A stretch of DNA of 64,000 nucleotides from assembly GCF_009914755.1 (NCBI RefSeq), contig NC_060925.1; one strand, given 5' to 3'. Both the position numbers and the translations under genes were made by a program. Below are positions 14,766-34,423 of this stretch, in pieces. The notes below the pieces were generated by a model. The model was given only the letters and a program-made list of their open reading frames with translations, ran no database searches and had not been told where the DNA came from. Source of the stretch: the human T2T-CHM13v2.0 reference genome, Homo sapiens. The first letter of the stretch is position 1; every line of letters begins with the position of its first letter.

Positions 14766-15139
14766 TGTATTAGTCCATTCTCTCATTGCAGTAAAGAACT
14801 ACCTGAGACTGGGTAATTTATAAAGAAAAGAGGTTTGACTCACAGTTCCGCAGGCTATACAGGAAGCATGGCTGGGGAGGCCTCAAGAAACTTACAGTCA
14901 TGGCAGAAGGCAAAGGGGAAGCAGGCATGTCTTACATGGCCAGAGAAGGAGGAAGAGAACAAAGTGGGAGGTGCTACGTGCTTTTAAACAACCAGATCTT
15001 GTGAAAACTCACTCACTATCATGAGAACAAGGGGGAAATCCACCTCTGTGATCAAACACCTCTCACCAGGCCCCTCCTCCAACATCGGGGATTACAATTC
15101 GAATGAGATTTGGGCAGGGACACAAATCCAAACCATATC
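14766..15139 (-). mobile_element. MaLR solo LTR (MSTA-like)
   Basis: TGTATTAGTCCATTCT...CCTGAGACTGGGTAATTTATAAAGAAAAGAGG...GACACAAATCCAAACCATATC. Confidence 0.88.
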
Positions 15140-15186
15140 TTTTTGCCTCTATGTTTAATTTTGTTTCTTATTATTTAGTAATATAA

Positions 15187-15498
<312 letters not shown>

Positions 15499-15771
15499 CC
15501 ATATTACATTTTTGATACTTAACCATTTTTAACCTATAAAAATGGCAAATTTTGTGGTTCAGCTTAAGAAATGAAGGAACTCCATAATGAAACACTTATC
15601 ATTTCTAAGACTTTACCATATAAAAATCAGAAATAAGCTATTGAAAAGTGAAGGAAAATGTATTATCATTATGTATCATTTTAATTCAACAAACATTGGT
15701 TAACCATCTTTTGTGTAGAAGACATGTGCTACCATAAATACCAAGAGCAAAATGAAACTTGTGTTTCATTT

Positions 15772-16203
<432 letters not shown>

Positions 16204-16562
16204 TCAATATTAATTTTCTGCTTTTAAGTTGGATAATACATGAAGAAAGGAATGAGAAGTTCACTGACATAACTAAAACAGAATACAAGTACTATGGAAC
16301 ATTAAAAGTAGTAGAAACACGTGTTGATATACTCGTAGAAGATAAATTTACTACATGTTAAGTATATAAATTTTCTAATAGGCAGTGTGTGTGAATTTTT
16401 TCAAATATTATCTCATTATCTCTGTCTTGTATATGAGGACACATATCTTGAAAGATTTAAATAAACTTGCTTAAAGTCTCTTGTGGTACAGTTAGGATTT
16501 GAACCCAAGTGTTTGACCTCTTTTCCAGTAGCATGCTTGCCTTGCTATTTATAATTACTTAA

Positions 16563-16877
<315 letters not shown>

Positions 16878-17148
16878 TAATTTTGATGAGAATTTATGCA
16901 CACACACATATACACACAAATAAGAGAAAGGAAGAAAGAAAGAGAAAGGAAAGGGGCTAACATAAATTTTAAAAACACAAATGATGATTAGGTGTCCTTC
17001 TGTTTAAAAAATTAATATTTTTCCTTTCAAAGAAAACATTCTTAATTGAGGATTAAGTCAATATATAAGTATCTTGCATCTGTTGCTTATAAATACAGGA
17101 GAGTGATCATAGAAGGAACATAATGATCACATATTTCAACTTACAGTA

Positions 17149-17521
17149 CAGTAGTCCCCCCTTATTCGCAGTTTTGCTTTCTGAGGTTTCAGTTACCTGC
17201 AGTCAATCACATTTCAAAAATATTGAATATTCCAGAAATCAGCAATTCATAAGTTTTAATTTTCATGCTGTTTTAAGTAACATGACAAACTCTCATGCCA
17301 TCCTGCTCTATCCCACCTGGAATGTGACTCATCCTTTTGTCCAGTGCATCCATGCTGTAAATACTACCTGTCCACCAGTTACTTAATAGCCTGCTCAGTT
17401 ATCAGATAAAAAAACACAAAATATCAAAATATATATATATATAGGGTTTCATACTATCTATAGTTTTACACATCCACTTGAGGTCTTGGAAGGTACCCCT
17501 AAGGATAAGAGGGGACTACTC
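17149..17521. mobile_element. MER44A-like (Tigger7-derived) MITE
   Basis: TIRs CAGTAGTCCCCCCTTAT / ATAAGAGGGGACTACT flanked by TA. Confidence 0.82.
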
Positions 17522-18248
17522 TATTAATCCTTTCCCAAGTAACTCATGGATCCTATATTAGCAGGAGCTCTGGTACTATAGTACTATAGCATATATGAAA
17601 AAACTGAATGACTTCTATTATTTGGAGAGAAACTTATTAGTAAACTCTCAGAAGTTGTATTTGGAAATTATGTCTTCTACATGTTAAAAGAGCTTATTAA
17701 ATTTAGTCTGTTTTGGTTCCTAAGATTCCTTAGTGGTATATAATTCTATTAAAATAGATCAGATTTTTCCAGCTAGTGATCCTTGAGGAAATGGTTGCTC
17801 CCCTCACCTGTCAGAGGAGCTGAGCCTGGCCTGGCCTAGCCTGACAAAGCGTGGCCATCAGCAGCTTTGGGTTTAACCCAGTTTACCTTACAAATGTTAT
17901 CTTGTGTGTATGCTACAATGTAGAAAAGTTTGGAAACCACTGATTTGCATATGTAAAGAACAAGAATTCTAGTTGGTACAAACATTTAAAAGATACAATC
18001 TGCTGTTTCATAAAACAGTTCTCCAAGTAACCATAGAAACTATGAAGATATTTAAAAGCTCATAGATCTGGTTCATCAATATAAATAAAAATCTCTAATC
18101 ATAATGGCAAAGTTAGGTAAAGAAATAGGTACATTCTAAAATTTGGTGTTTCTGCATGTACCTAGAAACCAAGCCTCCAGTTCTACGGTGAAAACTTCAT
18201 AATACCTAAGAACTCAGTATTCTTCATTTGAAAATTTGACATTATTAA

Positions 18249-18372
18249 GCCAGGTGCTGTGGCTTGCACCTGTAATCCCAGCTGCTTGAGAGGCTGAAGT
18301 GGGAGGATGACTTGAGGCCAGGAGTTTGAAACCAGCCTTGGCAACATAATGAGACCCCCATCTCTTACAAAA
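18249..18372 (+). mobile_element. Alu left monomer (FLAM-like)
   Basis: GCCAGGTGCTGTGGCTTGCACCTGTAATCCCAG...GAGACCCCCATCTC. Confidence 0.82.
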
Positions 18373-19061
18373 TAATGTAAAAAAATTGTAAAGGAAAATT
18401 TGACAGTCTTGATAATCACTTTGAGATCTATAATATTATTGAAATCAGATTTATCAAACCACATAAGGGCATTTTATGAGTTATAAATTGTATGAGTTAG
18501 GATATGGCATAAGCAGCTATAACAGAAAAACATAGGGACTAAAGGCTAAAATTGTATTTATTTCTTACAAAAGATTAGATAGGCATTCCTGGACTAGGAT
18601 GGTAGTTCAGTGGTGATAGGGAACTAGTTTCTCTCATGTTGCTCTGCAGTCTCCAACACTTTGCTTCAAATTCTTAGTCAGATATGGCTATTCCAGCTCC
18701 TGCTACCACATTCTCCCCAGTGGAAATGAGGAAAGGGCAGGCATGTCTTTTTGGGTATGATATGATATATATTACTGTGTTCATATTGCATCACAGGAAT
18801 TTGTCTCTTGCCATACCTACCTTAAAGGAGACCTGCAGCGTAGTCTTGAGTTTGTCAGCTATGTGTAAAGTTGAACCTTGGGAATTTTATTACTAAAGAA
18901 AGAAAGGGAGGATAAAACTGAGTACAGCAGCAGTCTCTACCACAGACTGTATTTCTGAGACATTTGGGAGATTCTGTGCAATGTAAAAGAAGTAAACCTT
19001 GCCACAGCCTTACTTGAAAAGTGTTGCAAATCGTAATATCCTTTCTGTGAAACAAGTTTTC

Positions 19062-19390
<329 letters not shown>

Positions 19391-19769
19391 TAAAAAAGTA
19401 TTATCTAGCAGAATTCAACCTCCAGAATGGTTATGTGAAGGCTTCACACACTCTTTACGTAGTGAAACAACCCTAACTGGTGAAAATTATTTTAAGACAA
19501 TCACTTAAATCCCCTTGAAATTGTCCTACGGATATTTAGCATATGGAGAAACATATGAAGATCTACTACATCTTAGTAAGAACAGGAGTCCTTGGTGATT
19601 GAACCAAGACCTGCTCCATTATCTTACACAAATGCCTCTGTTATGGAAGCTGTATCACAGGTGCTCCACTCCTGGTAGGTGTGGCCAAGAGGGAGACATT
19701 CTCTCCTCCCAACTCCCAGCCTGGGGTTATAGTTTCATGCTAAGAGGCACAGTCTATGAGTGTTTTTAA

Positions 19770-20181
<412 letters not shown>

Positions 20182-20578
20182 TAGCAGGCCAAGAACACTG
20201 GGAACCCATTTGCCCTGGAAAAGGTCTTGGTTCAAATGCCAAGACTCTTGCTGTTCTTATCTTAAATAAATGTTTCTTCTTATGCTGAATGCCCTAGGAT
20301 AATTTCCAGGGACTAAATGATTGTTTTTAAAATTATTTTCACCAGTTAAATTGTTTTGCTAGGGACAGTGTTTGTTGAGTTTCTTACTGTATCACTCCAG
20401 AAGTCCATATTTATTTTTTAATGTTGATGTGTGTTAAAACATAGTTTGGAGTTTGACTCTTCTTTCATGTAGAATTAGAAAAAAATATTTTCACTACCTA
20501 TTGTTTAGAATTCTTTCATTTTACAGTTGATTTTTGTTTCAAAATATTGAAAAAAGAAACAGTTTTAGGATTTTGCTA

Positions 20579-21053
<475 letters not shown>

Positions 21054-21062
21054 AATGGATGA

Positions 21063-21386
<324 letters not shown>

Positions 21387-22090
21387 CCAATATTTATTTT
21401 TTATACGTGAAAATCCTATTTGGACATAAGTTATTACTACATTTTGTCATTTTGAAAAATACCTTGAATTTCAGTGATTGTGTTGATGAATCTCGGAGGA
21501 ACTACTTAATGCAAGTTTTGAGAATTACCAATTTAACTTTTATTACAACTTCTCTGCTCCTTACATAGCCTTTCTTCATCTGAGTGCTTATTATGGGTAT
21601 GAATAAATACTAAGTAAATAAATGACTTACTAAATAAATGACTGAAACTGGAAATAATAATGATTCTAAAATTATATAAGGGTGCTCAGCTGAGTAAATG
21701 AAGCACAAACAATTCATTTCAGCAGCAGAGCAATGTGGTTAAGATTGCATATTCTGAAGAGAGACTTGGCCAAGTTAATTCCTGACTGTATGACTTGGGC
21801 TGAGTTACTTAACTCTCTGTGCTTCAGTTTCTCTTTTGTTAAGGGAACATAACAGTATGTCCTAATTTGTGTGGTAGGAAGTGAGGAATAATAAATTAGT
21901 GTATTTAACTGCTTAGAACAATTTCTGGTATGTGGTAAATATTCAGTAATTGTTACTACTTTTTATTTTATACACATTAATCACTCATGCTCTTCAATAT
22001 GAATTCAGGGATAATTATTAGTCCATTTTAAAGATCAAACAAATTCCATGTAACTTTCATTCGTTTATTTTAAATTAAAACAAATTATCT

Positions 22091-22207
22091 GTTTTTAAAT
22101 AGGTAGATATAAGGTTTCACTGTGTTGCCCAAGCTGGTCTTGAACTCCTGCAGGCTATCCAACCTCCACTCCCACAAAGTGCTGGGGTTGAGCTACCGTG
22201 CCTGGCC
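22091..22207 (-). mobile_element. Alu left monomer (FLAM-like)
   Basis: TSD AAAACAAATTATCT on both sides. Confidence 0.8.
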
Positions 22208-22630
22208 AAAACAAATTATCTTCAATGTTGTAAATATTTGGAATACTGTGCCAAACTCCTGATTCTGATTCTGAACTATAAGCTACATTCGTATTCCTTG
22301 AGCGTATTTATTTTAGCACTTTCTCAACCTCGCTTTTATCCAACTTATCAAAACAACGTATTTCATTAACACTTTAGGATGAGCCATACAAAAGTGTTAC
22401 CTATGAGAGAGTTGCTTTTTGTTTCATCGGATTTTCTAAGCAGAATTAAAGTTAGAAAAAAAAAAAGTATGCTGAAGCGAATGATAGGATACCATAACCA
22501 AAGAAAAAACTTTTCCTGTAACAGTATCATCGTAAAATTGATGTCCAATATAGAAAAAAATGAGTGGTAGATCTTTATATTTTATTTCACCTCTAAACTT
22601 AACATAGATACAGTTTCAATTTAATTATGA

Positions 22631-22870
<240 letters not shown>

Positions 22871-22977
22871 TAAAACAGAAAAAATTTCTAAAGCACACAT
22901 TAAATATATGGTTGAAAATTACTTAGAACCTGTATTTTAATATGATAAACAGTATTTGCTTAACTGATTTTAAATAA

Positions 22978-23166
<189 letters not shown>

Positions 23167-24649
23167 TAAGAAATGTAATATTATAAAGGGAAAACTCTCT
23201 TTTGGGTAACGTCATTATTAAATATGTCATTGTATTATATTTGTGTTATTGTTGATATTATAAAACTGTGATTCTGTAAGCTGAGAGTTAGCAGAAACAT
23301 CTAAAGGGCACGTCATAATAATACATAACACAATTATTTCCCCTGGGTACTGTATCTTACTGTTAGTTCCATAGAATGCTCAGAATATTGTGGAACCCAG
23401 TATATAGTTGTTAAATGTATGAATGGGAAGTAGGTTGAACAGGTTATTTCAGCTGAGAAAGGCTTGAAACAAGTTTTGAAATTGAGAGATGTGATAGTCT
23501 CCTGTTGTCTATAGTAAGAACCTTAACTGACGTAGAGGGGCTCCCAGCTGATTTTGCGCACTATTAAGGCCACCTAACCACTAGTGATATTGAAGCCAGA
23601 TATTGACGAGATAACAAAAGGTAACGAAGTGAGTCTTCTATTAAGGACATAACTAATCAAGCAGTTAATGTGCCCCCCCCCCCCAACAAAATAGGGTAGG
23701 AAAAAATAGGTGAAATGAGAAAGTAGGGTTTGTAGGAGACAAATTAGAAAGGATTATTAAGAGTCTATCTGCATTTCATATAGGACAACCTAGCAGTGAG
23801 GATTTGGGGAAGATCTTAAAATACTTTTTTTCTCTTGCAGAAAACAGAACTAGAGTAGGACTCAGAAATAGTGCCTTTGAAGTAGACGTCAATATGGCTT
23901 GAGCTCTAGGATACTCAGTCAGCTTCATGCATCAACTTTTGCAATTGTGTAACACCTTAATACAGGAATTTTTAATATTAACTTTTCTCCCTGTTTCATT
24001 TTACTAAAGGGCCTCTATCTTCCCTTCCCCCAATAACCTGTATTATTTACATGAAATAATATGTGCTCATTGTAAAGAGAAAAAGCCCAATAGTTTAAAT
24101 GTGTAAGAAAATAGAATGTATGACCTCTTCTTTCCCAAAACCCACATCTCAGCTACTACATATTGTTTCTTGTACTTAAGACTCTTTGTGAAAAAAAATT
24201 CAATTTTATATATAATTTTATATAATTCTATATATGGTAAGTACATAAATTTTATATTTATTTTTATTTTTTACACATGCAAATAAGAACATAAATTGTC
24301 AACAACTTGTTCTTTTAGTTGACAATATGAATTTATTATAGCTAATTATTTCTTTTAACCTCTGTATAGCAATATGCTATTTTTAAAGTACTTGAATTTA
24401 TTTAGCCTTTTTGATAGGTTGTTTCCAGTTTTTTCATTTTTCATTCATTCATTCAATGCATATTCATTGAACCACCTACTACTGTGTGCTAGACATGAGG
24501 ATTCAGTGGTAAACAGAACAAAGTCCTTTCCCTGGATAAACTTCCAGTCTCATAAGCTGTACTGCAGAAAATACATCCCCGTACACCTTATGTTTACTTG
24601 CTTATGTGAGTCAATCTGAAGGATACATTGTTAAACATGGAATTATTGA

Positions 24650-25087
<438 letters not shown>

Positions 25088-25693
25088 TTTTAAGTTACAT
25101 TTCTTTGCTTATTAATGAAGTATATTTTTACACCTTGATTAGCTATTTATATTTCTTCCATTAATTGCCTGTTAATGTTTCTTCTCATTTTTCTATTGAG
25201 TTGTCTCTTTTTTTATATCGACATTATTGATTATTACACAGGCCTCAAATATATCCCCTAGTATGCTCTTGATCTTTTAACTCTTGTTTATGGTGACATT
25301 TTTTTTCAATGTAGTCAAACTTTTCAATCTCTGATGGCTTCCAATTTCATATCATGCTTAGAAAAGACCTTCCATCAACATTCTCTTTTCTTCTAATTTG
25401 TATTTTTACATTTGAATATTTAATATACCTGAAATTTATTTTTGTGTATTATATAAAGAAGATATTTAACTTGATTTGTATTTTTAAAATTATATTGAGT
25501 TGAAAATCCATCCTTTTATACTGATTTGAAGTACCACCATAATACTTCATAGTGTATGGTAATATACAAAATATACATCTGTTATCTGTGCTCTTCCACT
25601 GATCCGTCTCTTTTATTCTATCAATACTAAAGATTATTAGTTTATACTGATGGCATAGCTTTTTCTCTTTTTCAAACATTTCTTGGCAGTGTT

Positions 25694-25993
<300 letters not shown>

Positions 25994-26530
25994 GGCAGTT
26001 TTCATATATTTACTCTTCCAGATGAACCTTAGAAACTGGATTTTAAGAATTGATTTGTATTTTATGCTGTTTTGTGAGGCTAACGTGAATAACCACTACA
26101 CTATGAAACCCATTATTTTGTTTTTTTGTTCGTGTTTTTATAAGTCATTTCAAAGTCTCTTTAGAATAAGCCAGACACAAATTAATTAGTTAATATAAAA
26201 TCAAGTTCAATGGAGGCAATCCTGTACCAGTTCTTAATTTTATTACAAACAAGTTCCAGAAAAAGAGTGAAAATTTCCCCAAAAACCATTTATTTCCTTT
26301 TTAATTTTTAAGTTATTATCTAAGGAATATGGTTGATGAAAAGGGAAAAAAAGTATTAAACCTGTGTGCTTCTTTTAGAGAATTCAAAGAAAGTCAGGTT
26401 GTTAATAAGACTTCAGGAAGCAAACTTTGAAAGCAATCTTGAAAAAGAACTCCTGAGGTTAGAATATTTGGTAGCACCGGGGAGGAAAACGGGTTCCACT
26501 AAAGTCCTTAAAGTGTTTAAAAAAAAAAAA

Positions 26531-26625
26531 GGTACATGTATACATGTATAACAAACCTGCAAGTTGTGCACATGTACCCTAGAACTTAAAGTATAATAAA
26601 ATATATATATAAAAAAATAAAAAAA
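26531..26625 (+). mobile_element. L1PA extreme 3' end fragment
   Basis: CATGTATACAT...AACAAACCTGCA.GTTGTGCACATGTACCCTAGAACTTAAAGTATAATAAA plus A-rich tail. Confidence 0.88.
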
Positions 26626-26947
26626 GAATAGAATAAGTGAATGCTGATGTAGGCAGAAAAGTGGGGGCTGAGATTGAATTGATAGGAATCCTTGTGTCTT
26701 TCTTTTATGTTATTTTTGTCTCTGTTTCTTTCTCCCCCACACCCCTCGTGTGTGTTTGCGCGTGCACGCACGTGCACACACGTGCACACAGCAGGATGAG
26801 AAGGGGAGGAGGTAGGAGGATACCTGTGAAATAAATATTTGTTTTATTTTCAGTGAAAAAATTATAGGCCAAAAATTAGAAAATAGTGACAGTTATAATC
26901 TCTTTGTAGATATTTGCATTTAAGGTATCGTCTTTTCTTTCTTTTAG

Positions 26948-27071
26948 AAAATAGGCGAGTAACCAAGTCTGATCCAAACCAACACCTTACGATTATTCAA
27001 GATCCTGAATACAGACGGTTTGGCTGTACTGTAGATATGAACATTGCACTAACGACTTTCATACCACATGA
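26948..27071 (+). CDS. AGL: AGL coding exon 7 (c.959-1082)
   Basis: TTTTAG|AA ... TGA|GTATGT; [26 protein letters not shown]...FIPH. Confidence 0.96.
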
Positions 27072-27382
27072 GTATGTAATGTGTTTTTTTCTGTGAAATA
27101 ATAATATTACTTACAAACCTTTATGGCTAGTATGATTTTCATACTACTTATTAAAAACGCTTAATAGAAAATGAAATAAAGTAATTCACTGTAATTCTAC
27201 TATTTCAGCACATGACATTTTCCCACTTTTTCTGTGTGTGGGCCATGTTTCTATATGTGTATATAAACATTTTTACAATTGGAAAACATCATCAGCCATA
27301 ATTGAAATCCCGATGAATATATTTAAGGTTTCTGTGACCTTTGTTAGAAAGTTTTTAAATGTAGAATCTGTAAAGCCATTAA

Positions 27383-27595
<213 letters not shown>

Positions 27596-27618
27596 TAACA
27601 CAATTTAATGTTTTTCAG

Positions 27619-27716
27619 GCAGTTAATTGCCTTTTGGGAAATGTGTTTTATGAACGACTGGCTGGCCATGGTCCAAAACTAGGACCTGTCACTAGAAAGC
27701 ATCCTTTAGTTACCAG
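27619..27716 (+). CDS. AGL: AGL coding exon 9 (c.1186-1283)
   Basis: TTTCAG|GC ... CAG|GTGTTG; [24 protein letters not shown]... Confidence 0.95.
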
Positions 27717-28051
27717 GTGTTGCATTTTTGTTTTTTTTCTTATTGATGGTTGAAAACTGAAAATTGTATTTAACTTTTGAAATTAACCTAAATGTTTTCT
27801 TTAACATGTGAGTTCAGTACATTTCTTAAATTGAAATAGAAGTTTTGATTTGGACATAGGCTTAATATTAACTAATTTTGTTAGGCAAATATTTTGTTAG
27901 AGAAACTGTCATCAGTATAAACCAATTCATAGTTATTATTTAATGTTTCTGGAGGACTGCATACTTAGTAATAAATTCAATATTAATCAAATTAAGCAAG
28001 CATCTGGCTCCTTACTTTGTAAGTGACATAAAGCATAGGTTGGGCAACTAG

Positions 28052-28442
<391 letters not shown>

Positions 28443-28704
28443 TGATTTTTTAAAATAATTTTATGAAGTTTTAAAAATTGTTTAAACTGTTAGCCAGATA
28501 TGCTGTCATGTTAACTCCCTATTTCTCACATCCTGCTAGATTTACTCAAAAAGCCTAATGAAGATTTTTGACCTATATTGAAGTTTTTTTCCTATAAATA
28601 GCATCAAACTTATTTTATTCTATTCATTAGAAAAGAAGTTTAGTTTTAATATTGCAAATTTATATTCTCTCCAAGGAGTTTCTTTGTATGGATTTAATAT
28701 TTAA

Positions 28705-28863
<159 letters not shown>

Positions 28864-29897
28864 TAATTTTTAACTTCTCTGTGGATGGGGAAAGAATAGT
28901 TCATGGCAAGGTCAAAATAAAATCTGCTTTACTGATTTTCTTCCCCATTAGTCTATTGGTTTTTAAATATTTCACCATAAAGGTACCAGAGATACATACA
29001 ATTTGAGAAAGAAAACATGGAGCCAACAAAAAAAGAAGTTCATCTTCTGTCCTCTCCTTTGCCTTCCTACCTTTTATCTTCTCAAACAGAATAACTTTTA
29101 TGTACTGTTTTCTATATTGTGGGTCTACATAAGCTTTTATTTGGACAAAATATTATTGCATTTTTACAGACAAGTTTGAAACCACTGCTATTACAATTAC
29201 ATTGACATAAGAGATATTTTCACTCATTGGCCAGAGGTATTAAGAATTTCAGTGGCAATTAAACCAGAACCTAATGGTTTTAGGTCCCCCCTCACTCTTA
29301 GTGTCTTGTGTTTCTATAGCTATTTCATTACCAGGAAGAATGTTGCAGGAGCCCATTGATATATTTATTTTTTAACATTTCGAAACTAGGAGTCTATATT
29401 AGTGACATTAAAATTTATTCAGAAATCTTAATGCTTTTTTTTAAGAGTATAAATTTGGGTGTAAGTATCTCTGCCCTCTTTTTTCTAGCCATTCTAAACG
29501 AAATCAAGCCATTCTGCTGTATGCCATGGATCTAATACAACCTGTTGCCGAAAATAAGTAGGAGGGTGGAGATGGAGTTTTAAATGTTTTTGGTAGAACT
29601 ATGGTTTTAAAAGGCCTATGATATTAACATTTCTGTTTTCCCTTATGATGCGACTTGGGTTTTTGAAATTGAGGACAAATTTTTAGAAGAGACTGTAAGC
29701 TAGAGTTTTTTCAGAATAGCTATGAGAAATAAATAATTATTAATTTTTTAAAACATTATCTCATACCACTTTAGATATAATTTAACCAATATATCATTTA
29801 TGGCAGAAATGATCAAAGCAATTTAAAAACCAGTGTTTCCTTGAAGTAATTGTTTTCATTTTATTTCTTGAACCATTGAAAGCAATCTCTTTTCTGA

Positions 29898-30155
<258 letters not shown>

Positions 30156-30460
30156 TAAACTATGCAGGTAAATGTTTCCTTTTGCTAGTTGGACACAAGC
30201 ATTGATTTGGTGGTAGTATTTATCACTATTGCATAATTAGCATAATTCTAACAATCTTTTGCAGTTGTTATGGAATACTGGGCTATAAAATATTTAACTA
30301 GCTAATTTTAAAATTTTAATTTAGGGAAGTTGATCACGTTTCTGATAATATGGAGTGCAATCATATTGGCTACTGTGAATACATAAAATGTTAATTTTTG
30401 TTATTTTTAGGTTGCTTTCAATATATTTTAGAAGTGACTGTGAAGGTGAATAGCTTATTA

Positions 30461-30642
<182 letters not shown>

Positions 30643-31564
30643 CATTAACATTATAGCATATTGAAGCCAGTCTAGCCTCATCGATTTAATTTTTATTATT
30701 TATAAAAATTATAAGTGTAAACATAAACATTGTCTATTTCTCTTTGAGCTCTTTACAATAACTTCTGAACAATGCCAATACTTATAGTATTAACTTCTAT
30801 CTAATACAATCTTTGTAATTAAACTCATAATTTTCATCCTGCTTATAAGTTTTTTTTGTTATTTTTAGAAACCCTACAGTGGCACTGCTTATAAGATTTT
30901 TGATACCTTACTAGTGACCAGTGTCACTTAGGTGTTCTTTGGAAATGTGTGCTTACCTAAAAAATGTCTATTTCTATAATATTAAAGCAGTATTATAATA
31001 TATATTTCAAGTCCTATGATGAAAAATTGATTTGATTTGGAGGGATTTAGTGAATATTAGTTAAGCTGGTAGAACATTGTTTAGTTCCAAAAAATGACGG
31101 CTTTATTTTATTGTGCTTTTAGCAATAGCAAAAAGAAATATGCTTCTAAGATTGTTACATGGCAGAAAAGAATGTTCAAACTTAATTTACTTAATTTTAA
31201 ATTACAAAATCTAGGATTCTACTTGTTAGCTAATAGAGTTTCAAGTATTTTATTAATCTTTGTGCAAATGTTGTGTTTAACAGTTTGGAACCAATCTGAT
31301 TTTTTATTATAAACCAGTGTTTATAATAAACAGCTAGATAGATAGCACCAGTGTTAAACGTAAATCACACAAGTGGAAATTGTAAGGTGTAAGAGTTTTT
31401 AAGAGTTATTTATCATCATCTGTAGGAGAAACTGGCTTCAGTCTGGTCAGACAAATCTAATCTTTCCAACAGCTAAGTAATTCACCAGCAGGGAATTTAT
31501 GAATAATTATTTAGTCAACCACCTGGAAATTAAGTCTGATTAAAGTTTTAAAAATAAGCAAGCA

Positions 31565-31870
31565 GGCCCAGGCACGGTGGCTCACGCCTGTAATCCCAAC
31601 ACTTTTAGGCTCAGGCAGGCAGATCAGCTGAGGTTGGGAGTTTGCAACCAGCCTGACCAACATGGAGAAACCCCATCTCTACTAAAAATACAAAATTAGC
31701 TGGGTGTGGTGGTGCGTGCCTGTAATCCCAGCTACTCGGGAGGCTGAGGCTGGAGAATTTCTTGAACCTGGGAGGCGGAGGTTGTGGTGAGCTCACATCA
31801 TGTCATTGCACTCCAGCCTGGGCAACAAGAGCGAAACTTGGTCTCAATAAATAAATAAATAAATAAATAA
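31565..31870 (+). mobile_element. AluS-like with (TAAA)n tail
   Basis: Sense dimer; TSD AAATAAGCAA. Confidence 0.92.
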
Positions 31871-31931
31871 GCAAACAAAAAACAGGGAGAAAACCTAACA
31901 GAATTGTAGTGTTATGATTTACATTTAGTAA

Positions 31932-32342
<411 letters not shown>

Positions 32343-32882
32343 TAGCTTTTGTTTAAGTAGATTAAAGGATTTAATAGCTTCATATGCAATGCTTAATAAT
32401 TTTTTAACACAGTTAATGTTCTTCTAAATACTTTGTATGACATATTCTAATATAACTCAGTCTATTTTTATCAGTATAAATTTCTACTTTGGGGTAAGAT
32501 ACCTCATTTCAAATTGAAAGACCAGTAGGATGAACTGAAGACTCACTAACAAAACCATTTTTTGTTGTTGAAAATATGCAAACCTGTTTTTCATCTTCTA
32601 CTGGGAGATATGATGTAATGTTTAGATGTTTTATAATCAATTTTGTATAGCTTACATCCCAGTAAACAACATATGTTCCCTTTTCCTTACATGAGCCATT
32701 TCTCCAGTTAAGTTATGGGGAAAACTTTTTTGTCACTTAAACTAGTAGACATTTGTTTAAATCCTTAAAGCAGTTTTATTTTTTATAATATTGATGTGGT
32801 CTTTATTTTGAAAATCATTTATGAGAAGAAATCTAACCTCTTCCTGGACATAAATAATGAAGATTGTTAAAATATTCTGTAA

Positions 32883-33065
<183 letters not shown>

Positions 33066-33336
33066 TAATCTTTTTCATGTACTTATTTTGCTAAATGCTT
33101 TGATATTTAACTCTCTGACACTTGGTCACAATCATACCCATATACTTCAAAATAGTGTCTTAGATTTATAACTGATTTATAATACATAGTTTTCAGAATG
33201 TTTTACTTGTTTAAAAGCAAATTAATTTACCTTATGAATTTATTTATGTAATTATCCTTTTACTTCATTATGCTATAGAATAGCACTTTGCATTTGAAAG
33301 AAAGCAAACTTTTGCTTTGTTGTTGTTGTCTTCTAG

Positions 33337-33459
<123 letters not shown>

Positions 33460-33519
33460 TAAAACCTACATGGCCAACAACTTTGGGCATTTTTATTAAA
33501 AAAAATTCATTGTAATTAA

Positions 33520-33720
<201 letters not shown>

Positions 33721-33801
33721 TAAATTTGTTTCTTCAGGTTCAATTTCAGAGTAAGTCTTTCCAGTTTGAGAGCTAATCTAGTTGTTCTTTCTGCTTCTCA
33801 G

Positions 33802-33952
33802 GTGTATGTGGATCAAGTTGATGAAGACATAGTGGCAGTAACAAGACACTCACCTAGCATCCATCAGTCTGTTGTGGCTGTATCTAGAACTGCTTTCAGG
33901 AATCCCAAGACTTCATTTTACAGCAAGGAAGTGCCTCAAATGTGCATCCCTG
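33802..33952 (+). CDS. AGL: AGL coding exon 16 (c.2158-2308)
   Basis: TCTCAG|GT ... CTG|GTAATG; [16 protein letters not shown]...QMCIP. Confidence 0.96.
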
Positions 33953-34111
33953 GTAATGCAATCTAAAAATTGTTACTGTATTTGTATTATATTATTATAT
34001 TAAATTATACTGTAATGTTATGGTTATATATCATGTATATATCATATATATTATAACACAGTGCTACTGTGGACGTACTTGAGAAAAAGAATTTAAACTT
34101 TTTGGTAACTT

Positions 34112-34423
34112 GGCCAGGTATGATGGCTCACACCAGTAATCCCAACACCTCAGGAGGCTGAGGCAGGCAGATCACTTGAGCTCAGGAGTTCAAGACCAGT
34201 CTCAGCATTATGGTAACACCCTGTCTCTATCAAAAAAAAAGTACAAAAAATTAGATGGGCATGGTGGCACATGCCTGTAGTCTTGGCTACTCCTGAAGCT
34301 GAGGTGGGAGGATCGCTTGAGCCCAGCAGGCAGTGGTTACACTGAGTCCAGATCCCACCACTGCACTCTACTGGGTGATAGAGTGAGACCCTATCTCAAA
34401 AAAAAAAAAAAAAAAAGAAAGAA
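34112..34423 (+). mobile_element. AluJ-like
   Basis: Sense dimer; TSD TTTTTGG(T/C)AACTT. Confidence 0.9.

Noticed and set aside
23673-23684. C12 homopolymer
   Set aside because: Isolated mononucleotide run with no supporting context.
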